Assembly (NCBI GenBank): GCA_965197645.1
Contig: OZ240219.1
Span: 224,001-288,000, forward strand
Length of the DNA: 64,000 nt
Direction of reading: 5' to 3'
From: Dehalococcoidia bacterium
GTDB lineage: Bacteria; Chloroflexota; Dehalococcoidia; Plut-88900
In this document: one piece after another, positions 1 through 9,938 of the stretch
Numbering within the stretch: position 1 is the first letter of the stretch
Layout: each line of letters opens with the position of its first letter
Position numbers and translations under genes: made by a program
Notes under the pieces: generated by a model
The model's input: only the letters and a program-made list of their open reading frames with translations
Databases searched by the model: none
Told to the model about the DNA's origin: nothing

Positions 1-1
1 C

Positions 2-1951
2 CCCTCTGTATCCCACCTGCTGAGGCTGCTGGTACTCCTCGTCGTCACCGCCTTCGCCTTCCTCGGTGTCACCGGACGGCTCACCGGCCTCATCGCTGGA
101 ACCATAGGCCTGGGGTGTACTCATGTCGACGTCGGGGTTCTCGGGCATATCGTCGGGGTCGAAGTCCTCCCACTCTTCGGGAGGCAGCTCCTGGTTAACA
201 AGCTGGGAGATATAGTCGTACAGCCGGATGGTGGCCTCGGCGGTATCCTCCACGGTAGCCGTGGGCGTTTGAAGTTCGGTCAGGATGCGGACCAGCTCCG
301 TTACCTGCTCCTTGATCTGGGTGGGGACCTTGAGACCCGCCCGCTGATCGAGACTGATCCTGACCAGGACCTCGACTATTGCCTCCTGCAGCGGGAGGGA
401 ATCGATGACCGGGCGCTCCGAAAGGGAATCGGTCTGGGTAAGCTGATAGCTGCCCTTTATGCCCTTGTATTCGTACTTGACCCGGGAGTCCAGCCTGGTG
501 TCTTCGGATACGGTAAATAGATCATAGGCCAGCCGACGCTCGGGGAAGATATTGAAGAACCTCTCCAGGTCCACAGTAGCAGCATCGCCGTTGGTGGCCA
601 GGTCGGCCCTCTCCACCCTGAGATTGGAGAAGAGGGTGGCCTCCTTATCATATACAAATTCGAAGCTGCCGAACTCCAGGTGGGCCACCTGGTGAGTGCC
701 TACCACCTTGTACCATCCGAAGTTCTGCTCCTTGGTAGGATACCTTCGAACGAACTCGGGAAGGTAGACAGCCCTGCCTTCGGTAGTGGGATTTTCGCCC
801 GACACCCAGCCGATGCCTCGCTCTCGAAGCTCATCGCTGTATTGGATCTGTATGTCCGTGCCGGCGAGGGCCACGGCGTACATCCACAGGATGTCTCTGA
901 CCTTGTCGAGCTCGATGCCCGAGGACAGCTCCTCAAGCATCTCCTTGCCCTTGGAGGACTCAAGGCGGAAGTAGGCGATGCCGCCCTCTTCATTTTCTTT
1001 GAGGATTTGCAGCCCCTCGTAGAACCACCTATCGAGGTCCGAATAGGGGATCTTCTCCATCACCACCGGGCTGGTCCTTATGAAGTCCAGCACCGCGTAG
1101 GGCGATTCGGAGAGGAGCGCGCCGGACAGCTTCAAGAGATGTCCTTGAGTCTCACCATCCAGCTCGGTGAGGGACTTGGAGGCATCGGACATGAAGGTGT
1201 TGATGTGAGAGGCGTCCTTGCGAGAAAACCGCTCGGTGAGATCGAGGAACCGGCCCCGCTGCTCCCGGTCTATGCGACCCAGGATAGTTGCGCCGGACTC
1301 GAAACAGGCCTTGGCGTCCCGCCAGTTGAGCTCGACCAGGGAGGTGAGAAGAGACAGGAAGCCTCGACGGTCCTGCTTCTCCATGTTCTTGAACACCGTC
1401 TCGGCCGAGTTGAGGCACTCGTTGGCTAGGTCGTAGGAGCGGCGGGACAGGGAGTCCAGGAAGGAAACGAAACGTCTCATCTCGCCCAGGGTCATGTATC
1501 GCAACAGTGACGGGCTCACCTCGAAGAACCGGGAAGAGAGGGTGCCCGATTTCCAGGTGCCCCTGTACAGCCCCTTCCCCAGAGCGGCCCAATCGCCCAG
1601 CTGATGGGGCGTGAGGTGTGCAAGCGCCTCGGGACTGGCCTGGAAGTAGGTAGCTGACAGCACCGCCGATTCTTTGGCCAGCGTCTTACCCCATTTGGCC
1701 CATTCCAGGAAGTGGGGGAAGGGCAGCTTGGCCAGCACGTTGGGGGTGACCCTGAAGTACTCGGAGGCGGCCTCCCAGGAACGGAAGGAGTGGCGAGCTA
1801 TGAGCACGCCCTCCTCTGCCCAGGACTGGAAGTCTTCGTTGCGCAGGATCTCGGCGATCAGCCTGGAGGACTTCTTGAACTGGGATGCTACGGCAGGAGG
1901 AAAGCTGGAAAGCTCCTGCTCCAGCTGTTCGAGGTTCTTTTCAGAGGCCAT
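2..1951 (-). CDS. CbbO/NorD-like VWA partner protein, N-terminal ~650 aa (runs off the window edge; absent from ORF track)
   Basis: Manually read open frame from ATG at 1951 (MASEKNLEQLEQELSSFP...) to the edge; contains 'TTEGRAVYLPE..HQVAHLEFGSF' and 'FTVSEDTRLD', typical of NorD/CbbO N-terminal regions, then an acidic linker; same strand as the CbbQ-like ATPase. The VWA domain itself would lie outside the window. Confidence 0.75.
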   Translation of the reverse strand, partial: MASEKNLEQLEQELSSFPPAVASQFKKSSRLIAEILRNEDFQSWAEEGVLIARHSFRSWEAASEYFRVTPNVLAKLPFPHFLEWAKWGKTLAKESAVLSATYFQASPEALAHLTPHQLGDWAALGKGLYRGTWKSGTLSSRFFEVSPSLLRYMTLGEMRRFVSFLDSLSRRSYDLANECLNSAETVFKNMEKQDRRGFLSLLTSLVELNWRDAKACFESGATILGRIDREQRGRFLDLTERFSRKDASHINTFMSDASKSLTELDGETQGHLLKLSGALLSESPYAVLDFIRTSPVVMEKIPYSDLDRWFYEGLQILKENEEGGIAYFRLESSKGKEMLEELSSGIELDKVRDILWMYAVALAGTDIQIQYSDELRERGIGWVSGENPTTEGRAVYLPEFVRRYPTKEQNFGWYKVVGTHQVAHLEFGSFEFVYDKEATLFSNLRVERADLATNGDAATVDLERFFNIFPERRLAYDLFTVSEDTRLDSRVKYEYKGIKGSYQLTQTDSLSERPVIDSLPLQEAIVEVLVRISLDQRAGLKVPTQIKEQVTELVRILTELQTPTATVEDTAEATIRLYDYISQLVNQELPPEEWEDFDPDDMPENPDVDMSTPQAYGSSDEAGEPSGDTEEGEGGDDEEYQQPQQVGYRG

Positions 1952-1960
1952 GTCGATAGT

Positions 1961-2554
1961 CTACCCGATGAGGGTCAGGAACTGATATAGCATTCTGGCC
2001 GTTGCGCCGTAGATAACGTGTTCCCGGTAGGTGTAGAAGTGCTCCAGCCACGGCTCACCGTTCACCATTTCCGTCTGCACTCGATAGTTGCCGGGGTCCA
2101 ATAGGTGGTCGATAGGCACTTCGATCACCTCGGCGACCTCCATCGGGTTGGTGTTGTAGCGGTAGGGGTAGGGGAATGTCCCAACGAAGGGGACTACCCT
2201 GAAGTTGGACCGGGTCTCGATCTCGCTGAGCTGACCCAGGATGGACACGTCCTGTTGGTCGATACCCATCTCCTCCCAGGTCTCCCTCAGCGCGGTGGCC
2301 TCGGCATTCAGGTCGCCCTCGTCGAAAACGCCGCCCGGAAAGGCGATGTCTCCTTTGTGGTGCTCCACCTGCTGAGAGCGCTTGTTGAAGACGATATTGT
2401 AGCTCTCCTCCTTTTCGAACAGGAGCAGGGCTACTGCGGCTAGGGTGCCCCCGGAATTTTCTAGGGGCTTCCTATCGACGTCTCGGAGAAGGTGTTTGAC
2501 CTTGGACAGGAAAGGGGACAGGGTAACGCTTGTCATATCGGTTGCTGGGTTCAC
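1961..2554 (-). CDS. CoA pyrophosphatase (Nudix, NudL/YeaB-like)
   Basis: Nudix box 'PGG..D..D...EATALRETWEEMG', upstream 'KRS...HKGDIAFPGG', C-terminal 'IYGATARML'. Confidence 0.9.
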   Translation of the reverse strand: MNPATDMTSVTLSPFLSKVKHLLRDVDRKPLENSGGTLAAVALLLFEKEESYNIVFNKRSQQVEHHKGDIAFPGGVFDEGDLNAEATALRETWEEMGIDQQDVSILGQLSEIETRSNFRVVPFVGTFPYPYRYNTNPMEVAEVIEVPIDHLLDPGNYRVQTEMVNGEPWLEHFYTYREHVIYGATARMLYQFLTLIG

Positions 2555-2587
2555 TCCAATCAGAAGCCGTATGATGGTGGAAAGGCG

Positions 2588-3490
2588 CTATTCGAAGATG
2601 CTGAGGACGACCTCTTCCACGCTGCGCTGGACCTCAGTGTCGTCTGTCAGCGCGGAGACAACGGCCACCTGGCAGGCTCTTCTGGGCGGTATGCCCATCT
2701 TGATGAGCCGGCCGGCGTAGATGAGCAATCGGGTGCTGGCGCCTTCCTGCAGACCATGCTCTCTCAGGTTGCGGCATTTCTCACCCAGCTTGGCGAGCTC
2801 CTTGGCTACTTCGGAGTCGCAGCCGCTTTCGTGGGCTATAACCTCCTGCTCGACAGACCGGGGAGGATAATCGAAATCTATGGCCACGAACCGTTGTCGC
2901 GTGCTGTGCTTCAGGTCTTTGAGTGCGCTCTGGTAGCCCGGGTTGTAGGAGATGACGAGGAGGAACTGGTCGTTGGCCTCCAGCAACTCTCCCCGCTTCT
3001 CTACGGGAAGGATTCGGCGATGGTCGGTGAGTGGGTGGATGAGAACGGTGGTGTCCTTCCTGGCTTCAACCACCTCGTCCAGATAGCATATGCCGCCGGC
3101 CTTGACCGCCCTGGTCAGCGGACCATCTATCCAGACCGTAGCATCTCCCTCCAGCAGGTACCTACCCACCAGATCACTGGCGGTCAGGTCTTCGTGACAG
3201 GCTACCGTAACCAGGGGGATGCTGGAGGCGTTGTCGTTGGAAGGGGCTTTCTTGCCGCCTTTGGGCTTGACCACCGTCAACGGCTGTCCCAGCCGGTAGG
3301 CCATGTACTCCACGAACCGGGTTTTGCCGCAGCCGGTCGGGCCCTTGAACAGAAGAGGGATCCTCTCTTTGTAGGCCGCTTCGAAGATCTCAATCTCATC
3401 TCCTACGGGTAGGTAGAAAGGCTCCTCTTGGAGAACATACTCCTCTATCTGCATGCCTTTGTATGCGTTCCTGGTCACCCCGGTGGTCAT
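2588..3490 (-). CDS. CbbQ/NirQ/NorQ-family AAA+ ATPase
   Basis: Walker A GPTGCGKT, '[15 protein letters not shown]', 'YLDEVVEAR', 'SYNPGYQ..LKDLK.STRQRF', '[12 protein letters not shown]'. Confidence 0.93.
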   Translation of the reverse strand: MTTGVTRNAYKGMQIEEYVLQEEPFYLPVGDEIEIFEAAYKERIPLLFKGPTGCGKTRFVEYMAYRLGQPLTVVKPKGGKKAPSNDNASSIPLVTVACHEDLTASDLVGRYLLEGDATVWIDGPLTRAVKAGGICYLDEVVEARKDTTVLIHPLTDHRRILPVEKRGELLEANDQFLLVISYNPGYQSALKDLKHSTRQRFVAIDFDYPPRSVEQEVIAHESGCDSEVAKELAKLGEKCRNLREHGLQEGASTRLLIYAGRLIKMGIPPRRACQVAVVSALTDDTEVQRSVEEVVLSIFE

Positions 3491-3497
3491 CTTCTAC

Positions 3498-4100
3498 CTA
3501 GCCTCTCTGCTTTTCCAGACCCTGCCACCGCTCTGCGACCTCCGCCTTCAACTCCTCGAGTCCGGAATCGTTATGTATTACTACGTCTGCGTGCTTTACT
3601 CGCTCCTCGGAGCTCATCTGGGACTTCATTCTGGACCTGGTCTGCTCTTCGGTCATGCCGTTGCGTTCCTGAAGCCTCCGGATGACCGAATCTTCGGAGG
3701 AGACGGTCACCCAGACCTGGTCCACCAGAGGGGTCCACTTGGCTTCCAGAAGGACCGCCGCCTCCACCACCATGGTCGTCGTGCCCAGCTTTTTCTGCTC
3801 TTCGATGCGCTCGCCAACCATATCATAAATCCTCGGCCACACGATGTCGGTGAGCTTTTTCATGGCGGAAGGGTCGCCGAAGACGATGCCGCCCAGCTTA
3901 CGCCTGTCTATCTCCCCGTTTTCCTGGGCGAGGTCCTCGCCGAAGGTGTCCAGGACTTGTCTCCAGGCCCGGGTGTTGGGTTCGTAGGCCTGGTGCCCCA
4001 CCTTGTCGGCATCGAGCACATAGGCTCCAAGGTCTGCCAGTAGCTGGGACACTGTAGACTTTCCGCTGCCTATTCCCCCAGTCAGCCCTATTACAAACAT
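3498..4100 (-). CDS. coaE: dephospho-CoA kinase
   Basis: 'IGLTGGIGSGKSTV', 'DAD', 'IDRRKLG.IVF', 'R..SQM'. Confidence 0.95.
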   Translation of the reverse strand: MFVIGLTGGIGSGKSTVSQLLADLGAYVLDADKVGHQAYEPNTRAWRQVLDTFGEDLAQENGEIDRRKLGGIVFGDPSAMKKLTDIVWPRIYDMVGERIEEQKKLGTTTMVVEAAVLLEAKWTPLVDQVWVTVSSEDSVIRRLQERNGMTEEQTRSRMKSQMSSEERVKHADVVIHNDSGLEELKAEVAERWQGLEKQRG

Positions 4101-4315
4101 CTATAGGTGTAGATTGTCCCCTCTCTCACAAGCTCGAGGTTCCCAATTCTATCAACCACCCTAGAGCGGGTCAAGGAACCGTTGCTTACGGTTGCTCGTG
4201 CGAGAGCGACCGTAAGAGGTTGGGAGATTATGGCTGAAGTGCGCCGCTGAGTCTTGGTTCAGCCACTGGCAAAGCCCAGACAGGATGCAGCCTGACGTCC
4301 AGGAATCCCGGGGGA

Positions 4316-4618
4316 TCAGTTGTACTCCTCGCCCACGTCTACGCATTCTCTCATGGTAGGCGGCCTGCTGAGGAGCTGCTCCATGTTGGCCTCCAGGTTC
4401 GCCCGCTCCTCACTATCCCGCCACTTGTGCCATTCCTCCATGCTCCGCCAGGTGGATACGACCACTATCGCTTTGTGATCATCGATGTCTATCAGGGTCT
4501 CACCGGTAACATAGCCCGGCTGCCTGATAGCGGCGGCGCGAATCTCGGTGGCGATGGCCAGGACGTGGCTCTCCTGGTGCGGCGCCGTGTGTCGTTCGAT
4601 TATGACTTTGGCCTGCAT
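4316..4618 (-). CDS. antibiotic biosynthesis monooxygenase (ABM) family protein
   Basis: 100 aa, 'QPGYVTGETL....VVVSTWRS.EEW..W..S.ER'; GGAG RBS. Confidence 0.8.
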   Translation of the reverse strand: MQAKVIIERHTAPHQESHVLAIATEIRAAAIRQPGYVTGETLIDIDDHKAIVVVSTWRSMEEWHKWRDSEERANLEANMEQLLSRPPTMRECVDVGEEYN

Positions 4619-4711
4619 GACGACTCCTTCCGTTCACCGGCCCTCAACCGCTCGTACAAAGGACGTGCCCCATACAACGGACATGCATGTACGTATCAAC
4701 CTTCGCCCGGG

Positions 4712-5887
4712 TCAATCGAAGGGGATCTCCCTCAGTTCGGTAGTCTCCAGGGTGAGCTGCTCGCTGCCGTCAGCGGTGACCACGTGCACGTCCTCCCAGA
4801 GAAGCTGCTCGGAGGCCACGGGCTCAGTGCTGATGACTACCCCTTCCTCGATGACGGTATCGTCGTCGGGTGCGATGCTGGGCGGCTCGGTCAGCTGGAT
4901 GCCTTGGCCGTGGCCCATCCTGCCTATGGGTGCGACCTCGAACCCGTTGCTCTCCAGCACCTGGGCACCTATGCGATGCAGCTCGGAGCACTTTATCCCC
5001 GGCCGCAGAGCATCGATCATGGCCTGGTTGGCGTTCAGCAGCACCTGATGCTCCCTAAACTGCTCCTCCGTGGCGCGGCCGAGGACTGCGTGGCGGGGAT
5101 AGTCGATGGTATAGGTGCGGACGTAGGCGCCGGCATCGACGTACAGTCTGTTGCCCTTCTTCAACGGCCTATCGAAGTGGAACTGGCTGTGACACCCAGG
5201 GACATCCGATACCAGGTGCACGAAGGAGGTCCTATCTCCCCCCTCCTCCAGTATCAGGCGCCGGAGGTTTCTCACCACGTCCCGCTCCGTCATGCCGGGG
5301 ACTATCTCGTCGAACAATCGCTGACGGGCTCGTCCGGTGATATCGGCGGCCTGTTTCATGTAGGCCACCTCTTCCTGGGACTTGATCATCCGTTGATATA
5401 CGGTGATCCCGGCGCCGTCCACAAACTCAATGCCGGGGAGAGCATCTATCAGGGCCAGGTATGAGCCGACGGGGATGCCCATGCGCTGCTCCTGGCCCAG
5501 CTCGGCAGCGACCGTCTTCCCGTCGCCTAAAGCGTCTTTGAGCGCCTCCAACACCAGATCATGGGGAAAGGTAACGACCCCGACGTAACCTCGCACGTCG
5601 TCCAGGTAGGTAGTCAGGCCCATGCTGGAGACCAGCCCCTGCCCAACTATGGCGATGGGTTCACCGCTGACAGGCAGGACGAATATGGCGGGACGGGTGT
5701 TGGAGTAGTGAAGGGCCAGGGTGCCCGTGGCGCCGGCGTAATACTGAAAGTTCTCTTCTTCCGACACGAACAGGACATCGATGTCCCTCTGGGCCATCAG
5801 CTGCTGTGCCCGGTCCCAGCGACGCTCCATCTCGCCCCGGGTGAACATGGCGAATGCCCCCTGGGGTTCGGCGGTGCCGGTTGTCAT
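4712..5887 (-). CDS. M24 family Xaa-Pro peptidase-like metallohydrolase
   Basis: Creatinase-type N-domain; metal ligands D..D, 'GHGQG', 'TEP', 'WED'. Confidence 0.88.
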   Translation of the reverse strand: MTTGTAEPQGAFAMFTRGEMERRWDRAQQLMAQRDIDVLFVSEEENFQYYAGATGTLALHYSNTRPAIFVLPVSGEPIAIVGQGLVSSMGLTTYLDDVRGYVGVVTFPHDLVLEALKDALGDGKTVAAELGQEQRMGIPVGSYLALIDALPGIEFVDGAGITVYQRMIKSQEEVAYMKQAADITGRARQRLFDEIVPGMTERDVVRNLRRLILEEGGDRTSFVHLVSDVPGCHSQFHFDRPLKKGNRLYVDAGAYVRTYTIDYPRHAVLGRATEEQFREHQVLLNANQAMIDALRPGIKCSELHRIGAQVLESNGFEVAPIGRMGHGQGIQLTEPPSIAPDDDTVIEEGVVISTEPVASEQLLWEDVHVVTADGSEQLTLETTELREIPFD

Positions 5888-5970
5888 GTCGTATCCTTTC
5901 TATCGACGGCTCCTTGTAGGCAAACAAGGGGGCCGAGGAAGCCTGGGGCAGGTCCGGCGCCTGAGGGCTT

Positions 5971-6855
5971 CTAGTTCTGGCCGAACCGCTTGTCCATATC
6001 AGTGAGAAACTCCTCGACAGGCTTGGACAGGGGAGGCTCTTCCCGGGCCTCCTTCTCCTTGGCCACCTTGGCATCGTACATCGACTCCAGCCGGTCAACG
6101 AGGGACTTCAGCTCGGGGTTGCGCACTACGCTGGCGCTGAACTCCAGGTACTGCTTCTCCGCCGCCCGGGTGTCCTGGAGCTCCTCGGGCAGGTCGTAGA
6201 TGTTGGAAAGCACCTTCATCACCACGGCCGCGCCCGTCAAGTCCTCTTCCACCTGTACGTATTGGGGAAGATGTATTGTCAGGTTCCCCGTTTCAAACCC
6301 CAGGTCCTGCATCTGCCGGGACACCATGTAGGCTATGCTGGTGGGGCCTTCGTACTTGCTGTGACGGATCTGATACTGCTCGGTGACGGCCTCGCTACCC
6401 TCTATTTTCAGGGAGCCCGAGACCCGAAGCGGCCGAGTGTGAGGGACTACGTCGTACATGCCCCCGATCAGGATATACCTCGTGACCCCCATGGCCTTGA
6501 ACAGCTCGATGACCGATTCGTTGAACCGTTCCCCGTAGGAGTGAGGTTCCAACATGCGAACGAACAGGAAGTCGGGGCCATCCTCCTGACGGGCGTAGTT
6601 GACGACGGTGTTGGGCACGGTGACCGTTCGCTCCCCATCGATGTATCGAAGGATGGGCCTGTACCGGGTGAAGTCGTAGAACTGGCCCGGCTCCTCCAGT
6701 CTGCCCAGCTCTCGGGCCGAGAAGTGGCGCTCAAGCCTGCTCAGCACCACGGTACCAACGCTTCCCACGTCCACCCAGGGCCTCAACATGGCGATGGCGT
6801 GCGTGTTCTCCAGCTCCGGCAACGGCTCTCGTATTTCGAATTCCCCTATCTTCAT
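5971..6855 (-). CDS. PAC2 (proteasome assembly chaperone) family protein
   Basis: 'PWVDVG', 'FYDFTRYRP', 'EPH', 'VPHTRP', 'YEGPTSI', 'LPQY'. Confidence 0.85.
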   Translation of the reverse strand: MKIGEFEIREPLPELENTHAIAMLRPWVDVGSVGTVVLSRLERHFSARELGRLEEPGQFYDFTRYRPILRYIDGERTVTVPNTVVNYARQEDGPDFLFVRMLEPHSYGERFNESVIELFKAMGVTRYILIGGMYDVVPHTRPLRVSGSLKIEGSEAVTEQYQIRHSKYEGPTSIAYMVSRQMQDLGFETGNLTIHLPQYVQVEEDLTGAAVVMKVLSNIYDLPEELQDTRAAEKQYLEFSASVVRNPELKSLVDRLESMYDAKVAKEKEAREEPPLSKPVEEFLTDMDKRFGQN

Positions 6856-6942
6856 TCCACTACTCTACCATTGTGAATCGGTCTATGTGGCCGGCGCCAT
6901 GTCTGCATAGGTTCTAACGAACTGGGGCAGGTATTCGATTGT

Positions 6943-8358
6943 CTATGATGGGTGGAACACCACCATCTTGAGCTCGGTCATCTCCTCGACGGCATAGCTG
7001 GGGCCCTCTTTGCCCATGCCCGAGTTCTTGACGCCGCCATAGGGCATTAGATCGGCCCGCCACTGGGGCCCGTAGTTGATGTGGAGGCTGCCCGAGTGGA
7101 CCTCTTTGGCAAACTTCATCGCCCAGTCCACGTTCTGGGTGAAGATGGCGGCCGAAAGACCGAACTCGGTATCGTTGGCCATCTCAACGGCGTGCTCGAT
7201 GTCGTTGACCTTGGTAACTGCTATGGCGGGGCCGAACAGCTCCTCACAGGAGATCTTCATCCGAGGGTCCACGTCAGCGACGACCGTGGGAGCGAACACA
7301 GCGCCTTCCCTATCGCCACCGGTGACCACCCTGGCGCCTCCCCCCACCGCCTCGGTGACCCATTCCCCCACCCGGATGGCGTCGGACTCTCGAATCATGG
7401 GCCCCATCTGGATGTCTTCTTCAATGGGATTCCCCACCTTGATCTCCTCCACGCCGCCTACCAGTGCCTCGAGATAGTCCCCGTATATCTTATCGTCAGC
7501 CAGCACCCGTTGAGTGGAGATGCACACCTGGCCGGCGTTGGAGAAGCTAGTGGCCACGGTGGCTTTTACCACCTTCTCCATGTCAGCGTCGGGCATGACG
7601 ATGAGAGGGCTGTTGGAGCCCAGCTCCATGGTCACCTTCTTTATACCGGCCTTGTGGCAGATCCTCTCGCCGATCTCTTTGCTGCCGGTGAAAGTGATCT
7701 TCCTAACTCGGTCGTCCTCGCAAATGGCGTCCCCTATATCCTTGCCCGGGCCGGTAACGCATTGGACGGCCTCGGGCGGCAGCCCGGCGTCCAGCAGCAC
7801 CTTCACCAGCTTCAGAGCCGACAGAGGCGTATCCGAGGCCGGCTTGATAACCACGGAGTTGCCTGCGGCCAACGCCGGACCTACCTTGTGGGCCAGCAGG
7901 TTTAGAGGGAAGTTGAAGGGGCCGATGGCCGCTACGACTCCACAGGGTACCCTCATAGTGAACCCGAACTGGCCCGTCCAGCCCGGGGCACCGTCCAGGG
8001 GCACGGTGACTCCGTGGATCCGTTTAGCCTCCTCGGCGGAGCCGGTGATCACCTGAATGGCCCTGTCCACCTCGCCGCGGCCCTCGGCGATCACCTTGCC
8101 CTCTTCCAGGGTTATTATCCTGGCGTGTTCCTCCCGCCGCTCTTCCAGCAGGTTGGCCGTCTTTAGCAGTATCTGATACCTATCGAACCCGGACATTTTG
8201 GCCATCACCTCGGCGCCCCTAACAGCGCTGGTAATGGCGGCGTCCACATCACTGGTATCGCCCTTGGGGACCGTATCTATCTGCGTCCCGTCGAAGGGAT
8301 TGACCACCGGGACCTTTTCGTCTTTGTCCACCCAGTCTCCGCCTATGAACATCCTCAT
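6943..8358 (-). CDS. aldehyde dehydrogenase
   Basis: 'PFNFP', 'FTGS', 'MELGSN', catalytic 'GQVCIS', 'EELFGP'. Confidence 0.95.
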   Translation of the reverse strand: MRMFIGGDWVDKDEKVPVVNPFDGTQIDTVPKGDTSDVDAAITSAVRGAEVMAKMSGFDRYQILLKTANLLEERREEHARIITLEEGKVIAEGRGEVDRAIQVITGSAEEAKRIHGVTVPLDGAPGWTGQFGFTMRVPCGVVAAIGPFNFPLNLLAHKVGPALAAGNSVVIKPASDTPLSALKLVKVLLDAGLPPEAVQCVTGPGKDIGDAICEDDRVRKITFTGSKEIGERICHKAGIKKVTMELGSNSPLIVMPDADMEKVVKATVATSFSNAGQVCISTQRVLADDKIYGDYLEALVGGVEEIKVGNPIEEDIQMGPMIRESDAIRVGEWVTEAVGGGARVVTGGDREGAVFAPTVVADVDPRMKISCEELFGPAIAVTKVNDIEHAVEMANDTEFGLSAAIFTQNVDWAMKFAKEVHSGSLHINYGPQWRADLMPYGGVKNSGMGKEGPSYAVEEMTELKMVVFHPS

Positions 8359-8536
8359 GCTTTAGTCCTCCTTCACTCGCCTACGCACTCCTCCTTGGGA
8401 GCAAATCTCAAGTGATTCTTGTTATACCCACCGGTGCCATCCCCGCGGGCGTACAGGGGGTAGCCTTCGGCCGGTCTTTCCGCCTTGAGGCCGTATTATA
8501 ACCCGATGCGCCACGTTCCGTAACCGCCTCTCAGGG

Positions 8537-8564
8537 TTGACAAACACCTTCACGATGCTATACT
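8537..8564 (+). promoter_or_regulatory. sigma70-type promoter upstream of the ABC operon
   Basis: TTGACA (8537-8542), 16 nt spacer, extended -10 TG-C-TATACT (8556-8564). Confidence 0.7.
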
Positions 8565-8772
8565 ACGGTATCCTTTTGCCGAAGCGGCTTGGTACATCCC
8601 TCCCTATCCCCTAACGCCCAAGGGAAGACTGTATCAACCACGACCAGGACGCTTATGGCCCGTTTGGCGGTTGGCTTACGAGGCGACGGTGGAAGGTTCA
8701 AAGCGATAGACGCGGAAGGTCTGAACAGAGGGCTAGAGTAGGTTTACAGAACACAACGAGGTTGGGTTAGTC

Positions 8773-9870
8773 ATGGCAAGTGCAGAATCGGTACTGGGCA
8801 TACACGGAGCAAGTATATCCCTGCGGAACCTGACCAAGCTCTATGGCGAGGTGCGGGCCCTGGACAACGCCAACATGGAGATAGAGGCCGGCGAGTTCAT
8901 AACCCTTCTGGGCCCCAGCGGTTCCGGCAAGACCACCACCTTGATGATGATCGCCGGGTTCGTGATCCCCACCGGCGGCGACATCCTCATCGATGGCAAC
9001 TCCATCGTAAGCATACCCACCTACAAGCGTAATCTGGGGATGGTGTTCCAGAACTACAGCCTCTTTCCTCACATGAACGTGGGCAAGAACATCGCGTTCC
9101 CCCTACAGATGAGGCACATGAAGAAGAGGGACATCGAACCTCGAGTGCAGGCGGCCCTGGAGCTGGTCAGGCTACCCGGGTTCGAAAAGCGAAGAGCCAA
9201 CCAGCTTAGCGGTGGTCAGCAGCAGCGTATCGCACTGGCCAGAGCTCTCGTGTACGAGCCCCAGGTCCTCCTTCTCGACGAGCCCCTGGGCGCACTGGAC
9301 CTGAAGCTGAGGCAGGAGCTCCAGATCGAGCTGAAGCACCTGCACGAAAGGCTGGGGGTTACCATCGTATACGTGACCCACGACCAGAGCGAGGCCCTTA
9401 CTATGTCGGACCGCATAGTGGTAATGAACTTCGGCGCCATCCAGCAGGTGGGAGGCCCGGAGGACATGTACAAGCTTCCCGCCAACAAGTTCGTGGCCGA
9501 CTTCATCGGCGAGTCCAACTTTGTTACCGGGCACGGGCAACGGGAGAACGGTCGCTTGCTGATGGAGTCTGAGGACGGCCTGAGGTTTACCGGCATCGCT
9601 CGAGGAGCAGACGTAGACGTGGACAACGCCACTATGGTCATCCGGCCCGAGAGTATCCTCCCCGCTGCCGACAACAAGGCCTTCGCCAACACCTTCGAAG
9701 GTGAGATAACGGAGATCCTATACCTCGGCGATCTCGTCAAGTACACGATAAGGCTGGGAGATGCCACCACTCTGGACGCCAAGTGGCAGCTCCGGGCGGA
9801 GATCAGCCTGCTCAAGAGGGGCGACAGAGTAAGGATCGGCTGGGAGGCCGAGGACATGGTGGCGGTCTAA
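8773..9870 (+). CDS. potA: PotA-like (polyamine/opine family) ABC transporter ATP-binding protein
   Basis: GPSGSGKT, LSGGQQQR, 'LLDEPLGALD', C-terminal TOBE region. Confidence 0.9.
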   Translation: MASAESVLGIHGASISLRNLTKLYGEVRALDNANMEIEAGEFITLLGPSGSGKTTTLMMIAGFVIPTGGDILIDGNSIVSIPTYKRNLGMVFQNYSLFPHMNVGKNIAFPLQMRHMKKRDIEPRVQAALELVRLPGFEKRRANQLSGGQQQRIALARALVYEPQVLLLDEPLGALDLKLRQELQIELKHLHERLGVTIVYVTHDQSEALTMSDRIVVMNFGAIQQVGGPEDMYKLPANKFVADFIGESNFVTGHGQRENGRLLMESEDGLRFTGIARGADVDVDNATMVIRPESILPAADNKAFANTFEGEITEILYLGDLVKYTIRLGDATTLDAKWQLRAEISLLKRGDRVRIGWEAEDMVAV

Positions 9871-9938
9871 AGGTTTAGCCCGAACCGGAACCGAGGAATA
9901 GACAGGCTCACAAGAGCCTGACTGGCTAGGGGCAAACG

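Noticed and set aside
269-1990. Plus-strand ORFs (e.g. 680..1429)
   Set aside because: Antisense shadows of the long minus-strand CbbO-like frame that the track omitted because it has no stop in the window.
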